The notes under the pieces: model-generated
Databases searched by the model: none
What the model was told of the DNA's origin: nothing
Seen by the model: the letters and a program-made list of their open reading frames with translations, nothing else
In this document: positions 10,108-19,930 of the stretch, in pieces
Layout of the letters: every line of letters begins with the position of its first letter
Numbering within the stretch: position 1 is the stretch's first letter
DNA from: an uncultured bacterium
Lineage (GTDB): Bacteria; CSSED10-310; CAZUFC01
Direction of reading: 5' to 3'
Assembly (NCBI GenBank): GCA_964619725.1
Contig: CAZUFC010000088.1
Location: forward strand, 1-37,845
Length of the DNA: 37,845 bases
Translations under genes and position numbers: made by a program

Positions 10108-12018
10108 CTAATCGTATTCTTTAAACTGCTCGCATGCCTTTTCCCATTGTTCGAGCAACCGGTCTATTTTGTCCTGCAGTTCGTTTTTTTCCTTCTGCAA
10201 TTCTTCCAGTTTTTCCCAATCGCTAGAAAGCGCCGGGTCGAAGAATGATTCATTGATTTCATTGACTCTTTGCTCTAAATCGAAAATTTCTCTTTCCAGA
10301 ACTGCGGGAGAAACTCCGATTTTTTTCCGCTGTTCGGCACGTTTTTTCCTCAGTTCTTTCTTCGACGTCCGCCTGCGACCGAGTTCTTCAACTTCCTGCT
10401 TTTGTTCTTCCGCCTCTTCATTCAGGCGCATCATCTTATCATGATAGTCAGAATAAGTTCCCAGAAATTCTTCGATTGTTCCGTTTTGAAGCGCCCATAT
10501 GCGATCCACGACGCTGTTCAGGAGATACCTGTCATGCGTGACGAATATCATTGAACCGTTATATTCCTTGAGCGCTTCTTCCAGGGATTCCCTACCGGCG
10601 ATGTCAAGGTGATTGGTGGGCTCATCCAACAACAGCAGGTTAGCCTTTTTTTTCATGAGTTTCGCCAGGCTGACCCTGGCCCGTTCCCCGCCGCTCAAAA
10701 GCGAAACCGGTTTGAAAACATCCTCGGATGAAAAGAGAAACCGGGCCAGGTAACCTCTGATTTCACCGTCGGTAAGTTTCGGGTCCAATTCCCGGATTTC
10801 ATCAAAGACGGTATTACTTTCATTCACGTCCTGGAGATGCTGATCGTAATAGCCGATGGATATGCGGTCGCCGAGTTCGACTTTGCCGGAGGAAGGCTGC
10901 TGCTCATTCAGGACTAATTTCAGGAAAGTGGACTTGCCGCTGCCGTTCGGCCCTATCAGGCCGACTTTGCTTCCACGGTAAAGTTTTAAATTCGCCTGCT
11001 CGAATATTTTCTTACTGTCGTATGTTTTGCTTAAATTACTGGAATAGAGGACCAGATTGCTGCCGGGTTTTTTTACCGCAAAATTCAATTTTATTCTGGA
11101 AGCGTCTTCGTACGGATTCTCCAGGTATTCCATCTTTTTTAGTTTTTTACGTCTGCTTTGCGCCTGCCTGGTTTTCTGGCCGGCTATATTGCGCCTGATG
11201 AAGTCTTCCGTTTTTTCGACGTACTGACGCTGAGCCGCATATCGCTTCCTCTCCCGTTCGAGCTCAGCCGTTTTCTGTTCCCGGTAGGCGGAATAATTGC
11301 CCGTATAAAAAGTTAATTTTTTTCTTTCCAGCTCGACTATTTTCCTGGTTACCTTATCGATGAAAAACCTGTCGTGTGCGACCACGACCAGTCCGCCCCG
11401 GAAAGAATCGAGGTAATCCTCAAGCCATTCCGTTCCCTGAATATCCAGGTGATTCGTCGGTTCATCCAGAATAAGGATGTCGGGCTCGGACAGGAGCACG
11501 CGCGCCAGAGCGGCCCTGTTTTTTTCGCCGCCGCTGAACGTGACGATGCGCCGCGTCATGTCCTCCCGGCTGAAACCCACTCCCTGAAGAACGCTCCGTA
11601 TTTTTTCTTCATAAACATAGCCGCCTTCCATTTTGTATTGATCCTGTAAAGAACCATACTTGGCAAGCGTTGATCGGGAATTGTCCCCTCCGCTCATTTT
11701 CTGCTCTAACTCGCGCATTTCCTCTTTCATCTTCAGAAAATGACGAAAAGGGTCAAGCATCGTCTCGAACAGATTTTTTTCAACGTGCAGTTCTTCCCCC
11801 TGCCTCAAGTAACCCAGGCTTAAGTTTTTCGATCTCGTGATCGTGCCGGATTCCGGGGTCAACTCGCCGACCATCAGACGAAACAGAGTCGTTTTTCCGA
11901 CTCCGTTACGGCCGATGAATCCGTAACGGCTGGATTCATCGATCCGCCAGTCAGCATCTTTTATGATAACGTTCTCGGTGTATGCGAATGTAACTTTGTT
12001 TAATTCTAAATGCGGCAT
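10108..12018 (-). CDS. ABC-F family ribosome-associated ATPase
   Basis: Two ATPase domains (GRNGVGKT/FSGGE/LDEPTNHLD and GPNGSGKS/LSGGE/LDEPTNHLD), YTGNYS linker, QAQSR motif, C-terminal coiled coil, no TM segments. Confidence 0.93.
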   Translation of the reverse strand: MPHLELNKVTFAYTENVIIKDADWRIDESSRYGFIGRNGVGKTTLFRLMVGELTPESGTITRSKNLSLGYLRQGEELHVEKNLFETMLDPFRHFLKMKEEMRELEQKMSGGDNSRSTLAKYGSLQDQYKMEGGYVYEEKIRSVLQGVGFSREDMTRRIVTFSGGEKNRAALARVLLSEPDILILDEPTNHLDIQGTEWLEDYLDSFRGGLVVVAHDRFFIDKVTRKIVELERKKLTFYTGNYSAYREQKTAELERERKRYAAQRQYVEKTEDFIRRNIAGQKTRQAQSRRKKLKKMEYLENPYEDASRIKLNFAVKKPGSNLVLYSSNLSKTYDSKKIFEQANLKLYRGSKVGLIGPNGSGKSTFLKLVLNEQQPSSGKVELGDRISIGYYDQHLQDVNESNTVFDEIRELDPKLTDGEIRGYLARFLFSSEDVFKPVSLLSGGERARVSLAKLMKKKANLLLLDEPTNHLDIAGRESLEEALKEYNGSMIFVTHDRYLLNSVVDRIWALQNGTIEEFLGTYSDYHDKMMRLNEEAEEQKQEVEELGRRRTSKKELRKKRAEQRKKIGVSPAVLEREIFDLEQRVNEINESFFDPALSSDWEKLEELQKEKNELQDKIDRLLEQWEKACEQFKEYD

Positions 12019-12114
12019 TTCAGATGATTTCTGTTGGAAAATGTGAAAAAGTGCAGCAGGATAAATTCGTCATCAAGCTTTTATCACCGCCGCCGGTTTT
12101 CATCAAACGGACGG

Positions 12115-12576
12115 TCAGCGTTTTCCGAAGGAACGATCGACTATCCTTATCTGTGTTATCATACTCCTGTTCTTTCCGGTTGAAAAAGAAACATAAACAA
12201 CGGCAGTGCGTTGACTTTTCGTCTTCTTGTCGACGAATTTCCATGTTGCGTTTATGTTGGGACCGGCTTCGGGACCGTCGTCCTTCCATCGGAAAAATAT
12301 AGTATCAGTCCCGCCTAATATTCGCCTGATGTTCTGGATGACCTGACTTTTGGAATAGTAACCCGCAGAAATTCCCAATGAAGGGCAGGAGAGATGAATC
12401 TTCTGTTTCTCCGGCAGGCAGTCATTCAGAACTCCAGCGTTGCCGGACTGGAAAGCCCCGGCCAGGGCGTTTTTACAGTTTTTCCAGGAAGAATCGGCCG
12501 GAACGGCGAATATCCACAGAAATATGACCAAAGCAAACCCGGCAGCAACCTCCATTTTTTTTCGACAATCAGTCAT
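12115..12576 (-). CDS. Small secreted protein, DUF4783-like
   Basis: Signal peptide; AFQSGNAGVL...YYSKSQV resembles my recollection of DUF4783. GGAGG RBS upstream. Confidence 0.55.
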   Translation of the reverse strand: MTDCRKKMEVAAGFALVIFLWIFAVPADSSWKNCKNALAGAFQSGNAGVLNDCLPEKQKIHLSCPSLGISAGYYSKSQVIQNIRRILGGTDTIFFRWKDDGPEAGPNINATWKFVDKKTKSQRTAVVYVSFSTGKNRSMITQIRIVDRSFGKR

Positions 12577-12653
12577 TTCAATCGACCTCCGTAACTCAAC
12601 CGTTATGATTGTAATAAAAAATGAGGGTAAAATTCAATTAATTCTCGCGGCGC

Positions 12654-12771
12654 TCGTGCTCGTAATCGTAATCGATCGATTCAAATGATTATCCTACTTT
12701 GCTTTCAAACGACAGTACATATCAGACCGATATTTCGATTACGATTACTGCTGCGCTGAGCGCGAGCACGA
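12654..12771. repeat. Inverted arrays of CG-hexamer microrepeats
   Basis: TCGTGCTCGTAATCGTAATCGA (12654-12675) pairs with TCGATTACGATTAC (12735-12748) plus CGAGCACGA (12763-12771). Confidence 0.7.
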
Positions 12772-12790
12772 AGGATTCAAGCTGAGAAAT

Positions 12791-12825
12791 TATAACCCTG
12801 ACATGCCCATTTTTGATCAATGCCG
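12791..12825 (-). repeat. Isolated end of family D
   Basis: TATAACCCTGACATGCCCATTTTTGATCAATGCCG resembles TGTAACCTCAAAGGATGCATTTTTGATCATTGTCG (37628-37662). Confidence 0.55.
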
Positions 12826-12915
12826 AAATAAACAACCATAAATTCCGTTTCTTCCTAAGACGGTTAATGTTCAGATGACGGTTTTTGCGTATACAAATGA
12901 TCTCATATTCACGGT

Positions 12916-12966
12916 GTCCCTTCTGTCCCTTAGGTCCCTTAGGTCCCTTTGTCCCTTTGTCCCTTT
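12916..12966 (+). repeat. Tandem GTCCCTT(N1-2) x6
   Basis: GTCCCTTCT, GTCCCTTAG, GTCCCTTAG, GTCCCTTT, GTCCCTTT, GTCCCTTT. Confidence 0.9.
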
Positions 12967-13130
12967 CGCCGCTGATAAGACGGGGATAAAACTTTTTTCC
13001 GGTTTGATCAGTCCCGGAAAAAGCATCATCATCCTTTCAAGAACATAGAATCTTGTTTTTATCATCTCATGCAATTGGTATAATGCAGCGGTTTTTACTT
13101 TCGGCTCGAAAACAACGGGTGAAAGAAAGC

Positions 13131-14057
13131 ATGGGCGGAGCAATTCAAAACCAGAAAGTCGCATCGGGAATGGCGGGAAGAATTTTGAATCTGCTGATAA
13201 TGGTTTTCAGCATAATCGGAAGATATATTCCCCGAAGTCTCCTCAAATTTTTTTCCAAATGTGCGGCGATTTTTATCTATTATTTTGACCGGAAAGATGT
13301 CCGAGCAATAAAAAAGAACCTTCGCACATTGTATGGGGGCGAGAAAGCGGAAGCATCGATTAATCTGATTGCAAGAAGGATATTTTTTAATTTCAGTTTT
13401 TACTTTTGCGATATGTTTCATTTTTTGGGAAGTCCGACCGGAAAAATGAGAAAACTGATCGGTGAATTCCAGGGTGAAAATTATATTCATGATGCGTTAA
13501 AGGAAGGAAAAGGAGCGATTTTCGTGACGGCTCATCTGGGCAACTGGGAGATGGGAGGCATTTTCCTGGCCGACCACAAGCTGGAATTCAACGTGTTATA
13601 CAGGGCCGATTCCTTTTCAGAGATAGAAAAAAGAAGATCGATATCGAGAATGAAACATGGAGTCAAGGAAATCAGAATTGGAGACTCCTTATGGTCGGTT
13701 CTTCCTGTGATTAGAGTTTTAGAAAGGAACGAGATCGTGGCGATACAGGGAGACCGGATATATGGAGATCGTTCCGTTACGGTGAATTTTGCAGGGAAAA
13801 AAGTCCGGTTTCCTTCTGGAGCAGCAGAAATAGCCCGGATAAGCCAGGCGCCGCTGTTGCCGACTTTTGTCCTGTTTGATAAAAACCGACGTTACAATAT
13901 GACCGTTCTTCCTCCCGTGTACGTCTCCAGAACGAGCGACAGGAATAAAGACATCCGGGAAGCGGTTCAAACGTTCGTGGATTTGCTTGAAGACCTGATA
14001 AAGAAACATCCTGATCAATGGTATTGTTTTACGGATTATTTCGATGAAGACGGATGA
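13131..14057 (+). CDS. Lysophospholipid / lipid A late acyltransferase family protein (LpxL/HtrB-like)
   Basis: GAIFVTAHLGNWE (HX4E), AIQGDR, VNFAGK, FPSGAAEIA, HPDQW. Start uncertain (13131 or 13170). Confidence 0.85.
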   Translation: MGGAIQNQKVASGMAGRILNLLIMVFSIIGRYIPRSLLKFFSKCAAIFIYYFDRKDVRAIKKNLRTLYGGEKAEASINLIARRIFFNFSFYFCDMFHFLGSPTGKMRKLIGEFQGENYIHDALKEGKGAIFVTAHLGNWEMGGIFLADHKLEFNVLYRADSFSEIEKRRSISRMKHGVKEIRIGDSLWSVLPVIRVLERNEIVAIQGDRIYGDRSVTVNFAGKKVRFPSGAAEIARISQAPLLPTFVLFDKNRRYNMTVLPPVYVSRTSDRNKDIREAVQTFVDLLEDLIKKHPDQWYCFTDYFDEDG

Positions 14058-14162
14058 CGGAAAAAAGATGAACGGCGTTGGAATATCGGTTTGTGGAAAG
14101 GAAAAGCAGCGTCCTGGTGTTTATTGAATATAATAATGCTTAAAAGCAGGAATTTGTAACTA

Positions 14163-14215
14163 CTGCCTGTCCAGCATTAAATTTTGAATCGAGATTCGAT
14201 TTTATGGACAGGCAG
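14163..14215 (+). mobile_element. Solo module A with variant arms and 6-bp direct repeat
   Basis: CTGCCTGTCCA...TGGACAGGCAG around the same core as the other copies. TAACTA at both 14157-14162 and 14216-14221. Confidence 0.85.
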
Positions 14216-14221
14216 TAACTA

Positions 14222-17200
14222 TTAATCGTTACCGTCGTTCAATTCATCCATCAATACTTCGACGGCTTTAACCAGTTGAGAGTCTTTTCCCTCTTCTATT
14301 TCTGTCGGTAAGCGTTCGATCAGTATATCGGGTTCTGCTCCGGTATTTTCCATGTTTCGGCCGTCTATCGTGTACCAGCCTATCCATGGCAGGCGGAACC
14401 AGGAACCGTCGAGCAGTGACATGCCTCCGGTGCCGATGACTCCGCCGAAGGTCGGCGTTCCGATGACTTTGCCTATACCCAGCGTCTGGTATGCGTTGGG
14501 AAAGACTTCAGCATCGGAAAAGGACCTTTCGTTTATGAGCAGGGCGCTGGGTTTTCTCCAGACGAAATCGGGCTGATACTGTTTTTTGCCGTTTCTGGGA
14601 AGACTGTAACCGAAAGCTTCACCCTGGAGCAGGTCGATGAGCTGATTGTGAATATGACCGCCGGGATTGTATCTGACGTCGATGATTAAGGCTTCTTTGT
14701 TCCAGTTATAGGAAAAGAGGTCTCTTTCAAACTGACGCAGCGAGCTGTGATTCATGGAGCGTATGTGAGCGTAACCTATTTTGCCTCCGGAGATTTCTTC
14801 AACCATGGCTCTTTTTTGTTCGACCCATTGTTCGTATGCCTGTCTGTAGTATTTCCAGTAGCTTACGGGTTTAAGCGTAACGATGCGTCTTTCCGGTTTG
14901 GAATCGAGTGATAAAAGTTCGATTTCGGTTAGTTCGTCGATCGTATCGTTAAAGTATACTGCGATAGTCTGTTCGGGAGTGACCGTTTTTCTGTCCACGG
15001 CATGAATGTATTCACCCACTCTGATTTTTGATTCCTCACGATCTGCAGGCGATTCAGGAATGACGTCAATGACGGGATAACCTTTTCCTTTTTCGTAATC
15101 GCCCAGTCTGACGCCGATGTATCCGGTATCCTTACCTTTTCTGTCTCCTGATTTCCAGATACCCAGATGCGATGCGTTTAGTTCGCCCAGCATCATTCTG
15201 ATGGCGTGATGAATTTCCCTGGTGGAGCGGCTGTGTTCAACCAGCGGATAATACTTCTCGTAAGCGGCATCCCAGTCCGCACCGTGGAGATTGGGATCGT
15301 AAAAATTATATTTTATGGCGTTCCAGGCTTCCCGGTACATCTGTTTAAATTCTTCACGCCTGTCCACGTCCATTTTACCGTTGAAATTTATAGGCGCTGC
15401 CGCGCCTGATTGAGGGTCTATGCTGCCCAGATTGCCGTTATGCTTCAGGTAATATATTTTTGAACCGTCCTGAGACCATTTGAGCCAGGATGCATTCATA
15501 TCAGCGATTTTTTTGAGAGCGCCCTCCTCTTCCGTGTAGGTGAACAATCCCCACTTGTCGAGAGCGTTAGACACGAAAACGAACGTTTTGCCGTCCGGCG
15601 AAAGTGCGGCTTTCCGGTTGTAGCCCCGTGTGGATACCACTTTTTCAACCCGCTTGTGAATGTCTACTAAATCGATTTCCACTTTTTCCGCTTCCTTTTC
15701 TTCAGCCTTTTTCTCCTCCTCTTTTTTATCCTTTTCTTTCGATTTCTCCGCAGCTTCGTCCTTATCCCCGGATTGATCCTCCTCGTCTTCCTCCTCTTCC
15801 CTGTATTTCTGATGCTCTTCCAACGTCAACCAGACCGCAAAAATATCAGCCTCACGATCTCCGAAACCGGTAAATACCAGTCTCTTGCCGTCGTCAGAAA
15901 AAAATGGGTCGAATTCCGCGCCCGGAAGCATGGACACGTCATATTCTTTGCCTGTTTCCACAGACATGATGAAGACATCATAATTCCATCCGTCGACCAT
16001 TCTGGAATAGGTCAACCAGCGGCCGTCTCCGGAAAAAGAGACGTCTTCTATAAACTCGGTTTCAAGAAGAAGTCTTTTTTCCTTGCCTTCCCTGTCTGCC
16101 ATATAAAGTCCCTTGCTTTTAACATGATAGACTATTTTCTCACCGTCCGGAGAGATACGGAAAAAGTCTACGGGCGCTTTTTCAAGGATAAATTCTTCCA
16201 CTTCGGTGAATCTGGCTTTAAAGAGTCTTTTTTCATCTTCAAGCGCTGATTTGAGTTTGTAAATGCCCGGCATGCCCGTTCTGTCGGAGATGAACAGGAT
16301 TTCTTCCGCTCCAGGCATCCAATGAACATCCGATTCCCTGGCGGCAGTTTCAGTCAATCGCATCGCTTTGCCGCCTTCGATATCGACCACAAAAATTTCT
16401 CCGTGATGGATAAAAGCGATTTGTTTTTCATCGTCGGAGATAGCAGCTTCATTCGCCTCTGAAGAAAATTCGATTTCATCGAACATGCTTCGGCGGTAAT
16501 CCGCAGCGGTCTGAATGGAAAATTCTTCTGCAGCGCCGGATAAATTACAGCGGTAAATCCTGAAGTTGTGAATAAAAACGAAGTATTTACCTGAAAAGGA
16601 GATGGAGGGCGAGAGGATATTCCCTTTGTCGAAACGAGTTATGGAACGTAAATTTTCGCCGCCGGTATCCATGGCCCAGATGTTGAATACGCCTGTTTCC
16701 CTGTCGCTGACGAAAAAGATGGTTTTTCCGTCCGGCGCCCACATGGGAGAACGGTCCACACCGTCATAATCCGTAAGTTGCCGAATTGTATCGGCCTCAA
16801 TGTCCCTGATCCAGATATCGCTGTTGGCCGGCCCGTGATACCCCTTGCGGTAAGGATTAATACGTCCGTAAGTGAAGGCGATCCGGCTGCCGTCAGGAGA
16901 TATCGCTCCTTCGTCAGCCTCCTCTTTATTTATGATGAAAGGCTGTCCTCCATTTATTGAAACTTTCCATATACGCTGTTTCAACCAGTCGCGGCTCGAA
17001 TTGAAATAAACATATTGACTGTCGGGAGTAAAACCCAATACAACGTCATCGGTGGAATGATACGTCAGTCTTACGGGTTCTCCTCCGTCCTCAGCCATTA
17101 TGAAAACGTCCAGACTGCCGAAACGGTCGGAACTGAAAGCGATCCATTTCCCGTCGGGACTGAACGCAGGCGTCACGTCGTCCGCTTCATGAACCGTCAG

Positions 17201-17407
17201 TCTCCTGGCATTGCCGCCTTCAGCAGAAACCGTCCATATATCCCCCTGATATGTGAAAACAAGTTTTTTATCGTCGGGAGAAAGAACCGGCGAATCCGCT
17301 CCGATTACATCGTTCAACTCACTGCCGGCGCTTCCCTGCAAAGTCGATATTAAACCCAGGGTTATCAAAAAATACAAAACGAAGGTCTTCCGTAATCGAT
17401 AGATCAT
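14222..17407 (-). CDS. Tricorn protease-like S41 peptidase (secreted; TolB/PD40 propellers, PDZ, catalytic domain)
   Basis: Signal peptide, repeated P-x-(F/W)SPDG units, GELNASH, IGYAHI, IDVRYNPGG, SFSDAE (catalytic Ser), TFGGVIG, GAEPDI. Confidence 0.92.
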   Translation of the reverse strand: MIYRLRKTFVLYFLITLGLISTLQGSAGSELNDVIGADSPVLSPDDKKLVFTYQGDIWTVSAEGGNARRLTVHEADDVTPAFSPDGKWIAFSSDRFGSLDVFIMAEDGGEPVRLTYHSTDDVVLGFTPDSQYVYFNSSRDWLKQRIWKVSINGGQPFIINKEEADEGAISPDGSRIAFTYGRINPYRKGYHGPANSDIWIRDIEADTIRQLTDYDGVDRSPMWAPDGKTIFFVSDRETGVFNIWAMDTGGENLRSITRFDKGNILSPSISFSGKYFVFIHNFRIYRCNLSGAAEEFSIQTAADYRRSMFDEIEFSSEANEAAISDDEKQIAFIHHGEIFVVDIEGGKAMRLTETAARESDVHWMPGAEEILFISDRTGMPGIYKLKSALEDEKRLFKARFTEVEEFILEKAPVDFFRISPDGEKIVYHVKSKGLYMADREGKEKRLLLETEFIEDVSFSGDGRWLTYSRMVDGWNYDVFIMSVETGKEYDVSMLPGAEFDPFFSDDGKRLVFTGFGDREADIFAVWLTLEEHQKYREEEEDEEDQSGDKDEAAEKSKEKDKKEEEKKAEEKEAEKVEIDLVDIHKRVEKVVSTRGYNRKAALSPDGKTFVFVSNALDKWGLFTYTEEEGALKKIADMNASWLKWSQDGSKIYYLKHNGNLGSIDPQSGAAAPINFNGKMDVDRREEFKQMYREAWNAIKYNFYDPNLHGADWDAAYEKYYPLVEHSRSTREIHHAIRMMLGELNASHLGIWKSGDRKGKDTGYIGVRLGDYEKGKGYPVIDVIPESPADREESKIRVGEYIHAVDRKTVTPEQTIAVYFNDTIDELTEIELLSLDSKPERRIVTLKPVSYWKYYRQAYEQWVEQKRAMVEEISGGKIGYAHIRSMNHSSLRQFERDLFSYNWNKEALIIDVRYNPGGHIHNQLIDLLQGEAFGYSLPRNGKKQYQPDFVWRKPSALLINERSFSDAEVFPNAYQTLGIGKVIGTPTFGGVIGTGGMSLLDGSWFRLPWIGWYTIDGRNMENTGAEPDILIERLPTEIEEGKDSQLVKAVEVLMDELNDGND

Positions 17408-17664
17408 CTCTTGTTCCTTTCCCTCAAATCAGTAGATTAAACTCAAAATATCGATTATGACTCATGACGAAGTAAACGAAACGAACCCGTTCCGTTCAAC
17501 CGCTCACTTATAATAATGAATTCCGCTCTGTTTTGCACCTGTTTATTTTCACTCCGTATTTTATGATCGGAATGGAGTTTCAACCACGGAATGATTGAAT
17601 GACGCGGATAATGGACGCTGCGAATTCGTCGAATAAAAACGTCTTTAAAAATAACCCGTTAACT

Positions 17665-18261
17665 CTACAAATTAAGCAATTTCCGAAGAGTATCCAGCCG
17701 TGATTGAACCGCCTTGTAACTTTTGGCTGAGAGGTAATCGGTATCCTGAAAGCCTTCGCTTAATTGTTCATTCAAATCTTTTAGACTCTTTTCGGTCTTT
17801 TCGCGTTCCTCATCCGACAATTTATCGGATTTGAGCTGGGTTTCCATGACGGTTTTCAATTCTTCCATTTCTTTCTGTTTTTTCATGAACGATTTGACCG
17901 TATCGACGGCGATCACCATGGCATCGGTAGTTTTATTATATTCATCAATGTTTTTGAAACCGTTTTTTTCTGCCAGGGGTTCCATTGTCCTTTCATAACG
18001 TTTCATGCGCTTGGGAGAAAACTTTATTTCCATTTCTTCGGCTTTATCAAACATAGCCTGGGTTGCGGCGATATAGTTGTTGACGATTTCTTCGGTCAGT
18101 TCCATGGTTTCAGGCTTTTTTTGCGCCGGCGCCTCCTTTTTTTCGACTTTCTTTTCAGGGGCTTTTTCATCAGGCGATTCCTTACTGGTGCCGCAAGAGG
18201 CTAAGGCCAGAGTCAATAGCAAAACGACAAAAATAAAGGCTGATGATTTTAATTTTTCCAT
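17665..18261 (-). CDS. Hypothetical helical lipoprotein
   Basis: Lipobox LASC after a hydrophobic stretch, Lys/Glu-rich linker. AAGGAGG RBS supports ATG 18261. Confidence 0.75.
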   Translation of the reverse strand: MEKLKSSAFIFVVLLLTLALASCGTSKESPDEKAPEKKVEKKEAPAQKKPETMELTEEIVNNYIAATQAMFDKAEEMEIKFSPKRMKRYERTMEPLAEKNGFKNIDEYNKTTDAMVIAVDTVKSFMKKQKEMEELKTVMETQLKSDKLSDEEREKTEKSLKDLNEQLSEGFQDTDYLSAKSYKAVQSRLDTLRKLLNL

Positions 18262-18464
18262 TTGTTCCTCCTTTTCAGTGGACAACCGTTTGACGTTAAT
18301 CAGCGAATCAGCGATCCAATTGCCTGTCGCGCTTACGAATCACTTTCCTGTGTGATTCCCCAATAACTTTTCAGATCATAAATCACTATGATCGATTACA
18401 CAACAGGAAATTAAACATGAGAGTAGACGGTTGACCTTCTATTCCTAAAAAGGCATAGTGTATT

Positions 18465-19916
18465 ATGAAAAAGGTCGAACTCCTTGTTTTCGATGAGAAA
18501 ACATGGATGAAGGGAAGGCAATGGATGAGCGTTATTGTGGATGAAATTAACAGGAAGTTTCGTGATATCCTGGAAGGGATGGAAAAGGAAAGTCCGGGAA
18601 CGGTAAGAGAAATTTTCAATATAGTGAACCGTAACTTCATAGAAAAAGGTTGTTATTTGCGAGGAAGGAAGCCGAATGAGCCGCGGACGTTTCCGATTTT
18701 TATGAAACCTTATTTCATACCCCGGTCCAGGATAGAATACGTCACTTATGCGAACAACGTGATGATGAATGTGCTGGAAAAAGTGACGGACCTGTATTAT
18801 ACCGAGCCGTCGTTACGGCCGCTGTTTGAACTGAAGCCGGAAGAGGTGGAATTGAGTGAGATAGAATCCGGCTTAAGAAGGAAAGTGAAGATCACCCGGA
18901 ATGATGCTTTTCTTACTGACGATTCTTTCAAGATAATCGAATTCAACTGCGACAGTCCAGGCGGCCCGATGTATTCGGACGTGCAGAGCGAACTGATTGG
19001 TCATACGCCGGTTATGTGGGAATTACGGAAAAATTATAATTTTCATTCCGATCGTTTCATGCCGGTGGTCGTTAAAACACTCCTGGAAGCATACAGGGAA
19101 TTCGGAGGCAAAAAAGAACGCCCGTTCATAGGACTCATCGCCGGCGAAGGCGGCGCCACTCTTCCTGAATTTAAACTAATATCAAAATGGTTACGGGAAA
19201 CTCAGGGGTATGATTCCGAGTATTCCGATCCGCGCCGGCTGGAGTATGACGGCAAAGCACTAAGGACCGCATCAGGAAAAATTATAGATATTATTTACCG
19301 TCGCGGGTGGCTGCCCGACTGGACCGGCCATATGGATGAAATAAAACCGCTCATCCACGCATACAGAGACGGAAAAGTTTGCGTGTGCAATCCGCCCAGC
19401 TCCATACTCGCCGCCAACAAATCATTGTTGAGCGTCATCCAGGTGCATGAAGGAATAAGAGAAACGCTTACGGAGGAAGAAAAGAAGGTCATAAGGGAGG
19501 TCGTTCCCTGGACGCGTTTTATGAAAGAGGGAAAAACGGATGATATCGCCGGCAAGCCGGTCGATCTGTACGACTATGTGGTTAAAAATCGTAAAAAGCT
19601 TATCTTGAAACCCATGGATCAATACGGCGGTAAAGACGTCTGCATTGGTCCCGATACGAATCAGTCGACCTGGGAAAAATGGATCAAAAAAACCGCTGAT
19701 TATCCCTTTGTCGTTCAGGAATATGTCTCTATTCCCGAAGAGGAACTGCCGGAAGTCGATCCGAAGCTGGTCTGGAAACCCAAAAAAATAAACGTCAATT
19801 TCTACGCCTATGACGGCTGGTATGCCGGAGGCATGGTCAGAACCTCGGAAAATTCGATCATCAACATATCCGCCGGCGGCGGCCTGATTCCGGTTGAAAT
19901 CGTAGAGGGTTTTTGA
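18465..19916 (+). CDS. Circularly permuted ATP-grasp peptide ligase (CP_ATPgrasp_2 / GSP-synthetase-like)
   Basis: RNDAF...IIEFNCDSPGG, IDIIYRR, VCNP...ANK, VPWTR, LILKP...YGG, VVQEYV, R...INISAGGG. The real start may lie slightly downstream. Confidence 0.8.
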   Translation: MKKVELLVFDEKTWMKGRQWMSVIVDEINRKFRDILEGMEKESPGTVREIFNIVNRNFIEKGCYLRGRKPNEPRTFPIFMKPYFIPRSRIEYVTYANNVMMNVLEKVTDLYYTEPSLRPLFELKPEEVELSEIESGLRRKVKITRNDAFLTDDSFKIIEFNCDSPGGPMYSDVQSELIGHTPVMWELRKNYNFHSDRFMPVVVKTLLEAYREFGGKKERPFIGLIAGEGGATLPEFKLISKWLRETQGYDSEYSDPRRLEYDGKALRTASGKIIDIIYRRGWLPDWTGHMDEIKPLIHAYRDGKVCVCNPPSSILAANKSLLSVIQVHEGIRETLTEEEKKVIREVVPWTRFMKEGKTDDIAGKPVDLYDYVVKNRKKLILKPMDQYGGKDVCIGPDTNQSTWEKWIKKTADYPFVVQEYVSIPEEELPEVDPKLVWKPKKINVNFYAYDGWYAGGMVRTSENSIINISAGGGLIPVEIVEGF

Positions 19917-19930
19917 CCTCACCCTCCAGC

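Noticed and set aside
12871-13164. 97-aa ORF with RDLRDL repeats
   Set aside because: Translation of the GTCCCTT microsatellite; overlaps the acyltransferase start on the opposite strand.
14157-14221. Integron attC site
   Set aside because: TAAC is present but there is no properly placed RYYYAAC/GTTRRRY pair, no cassette array and no integrase. The flanks are direct repeats.
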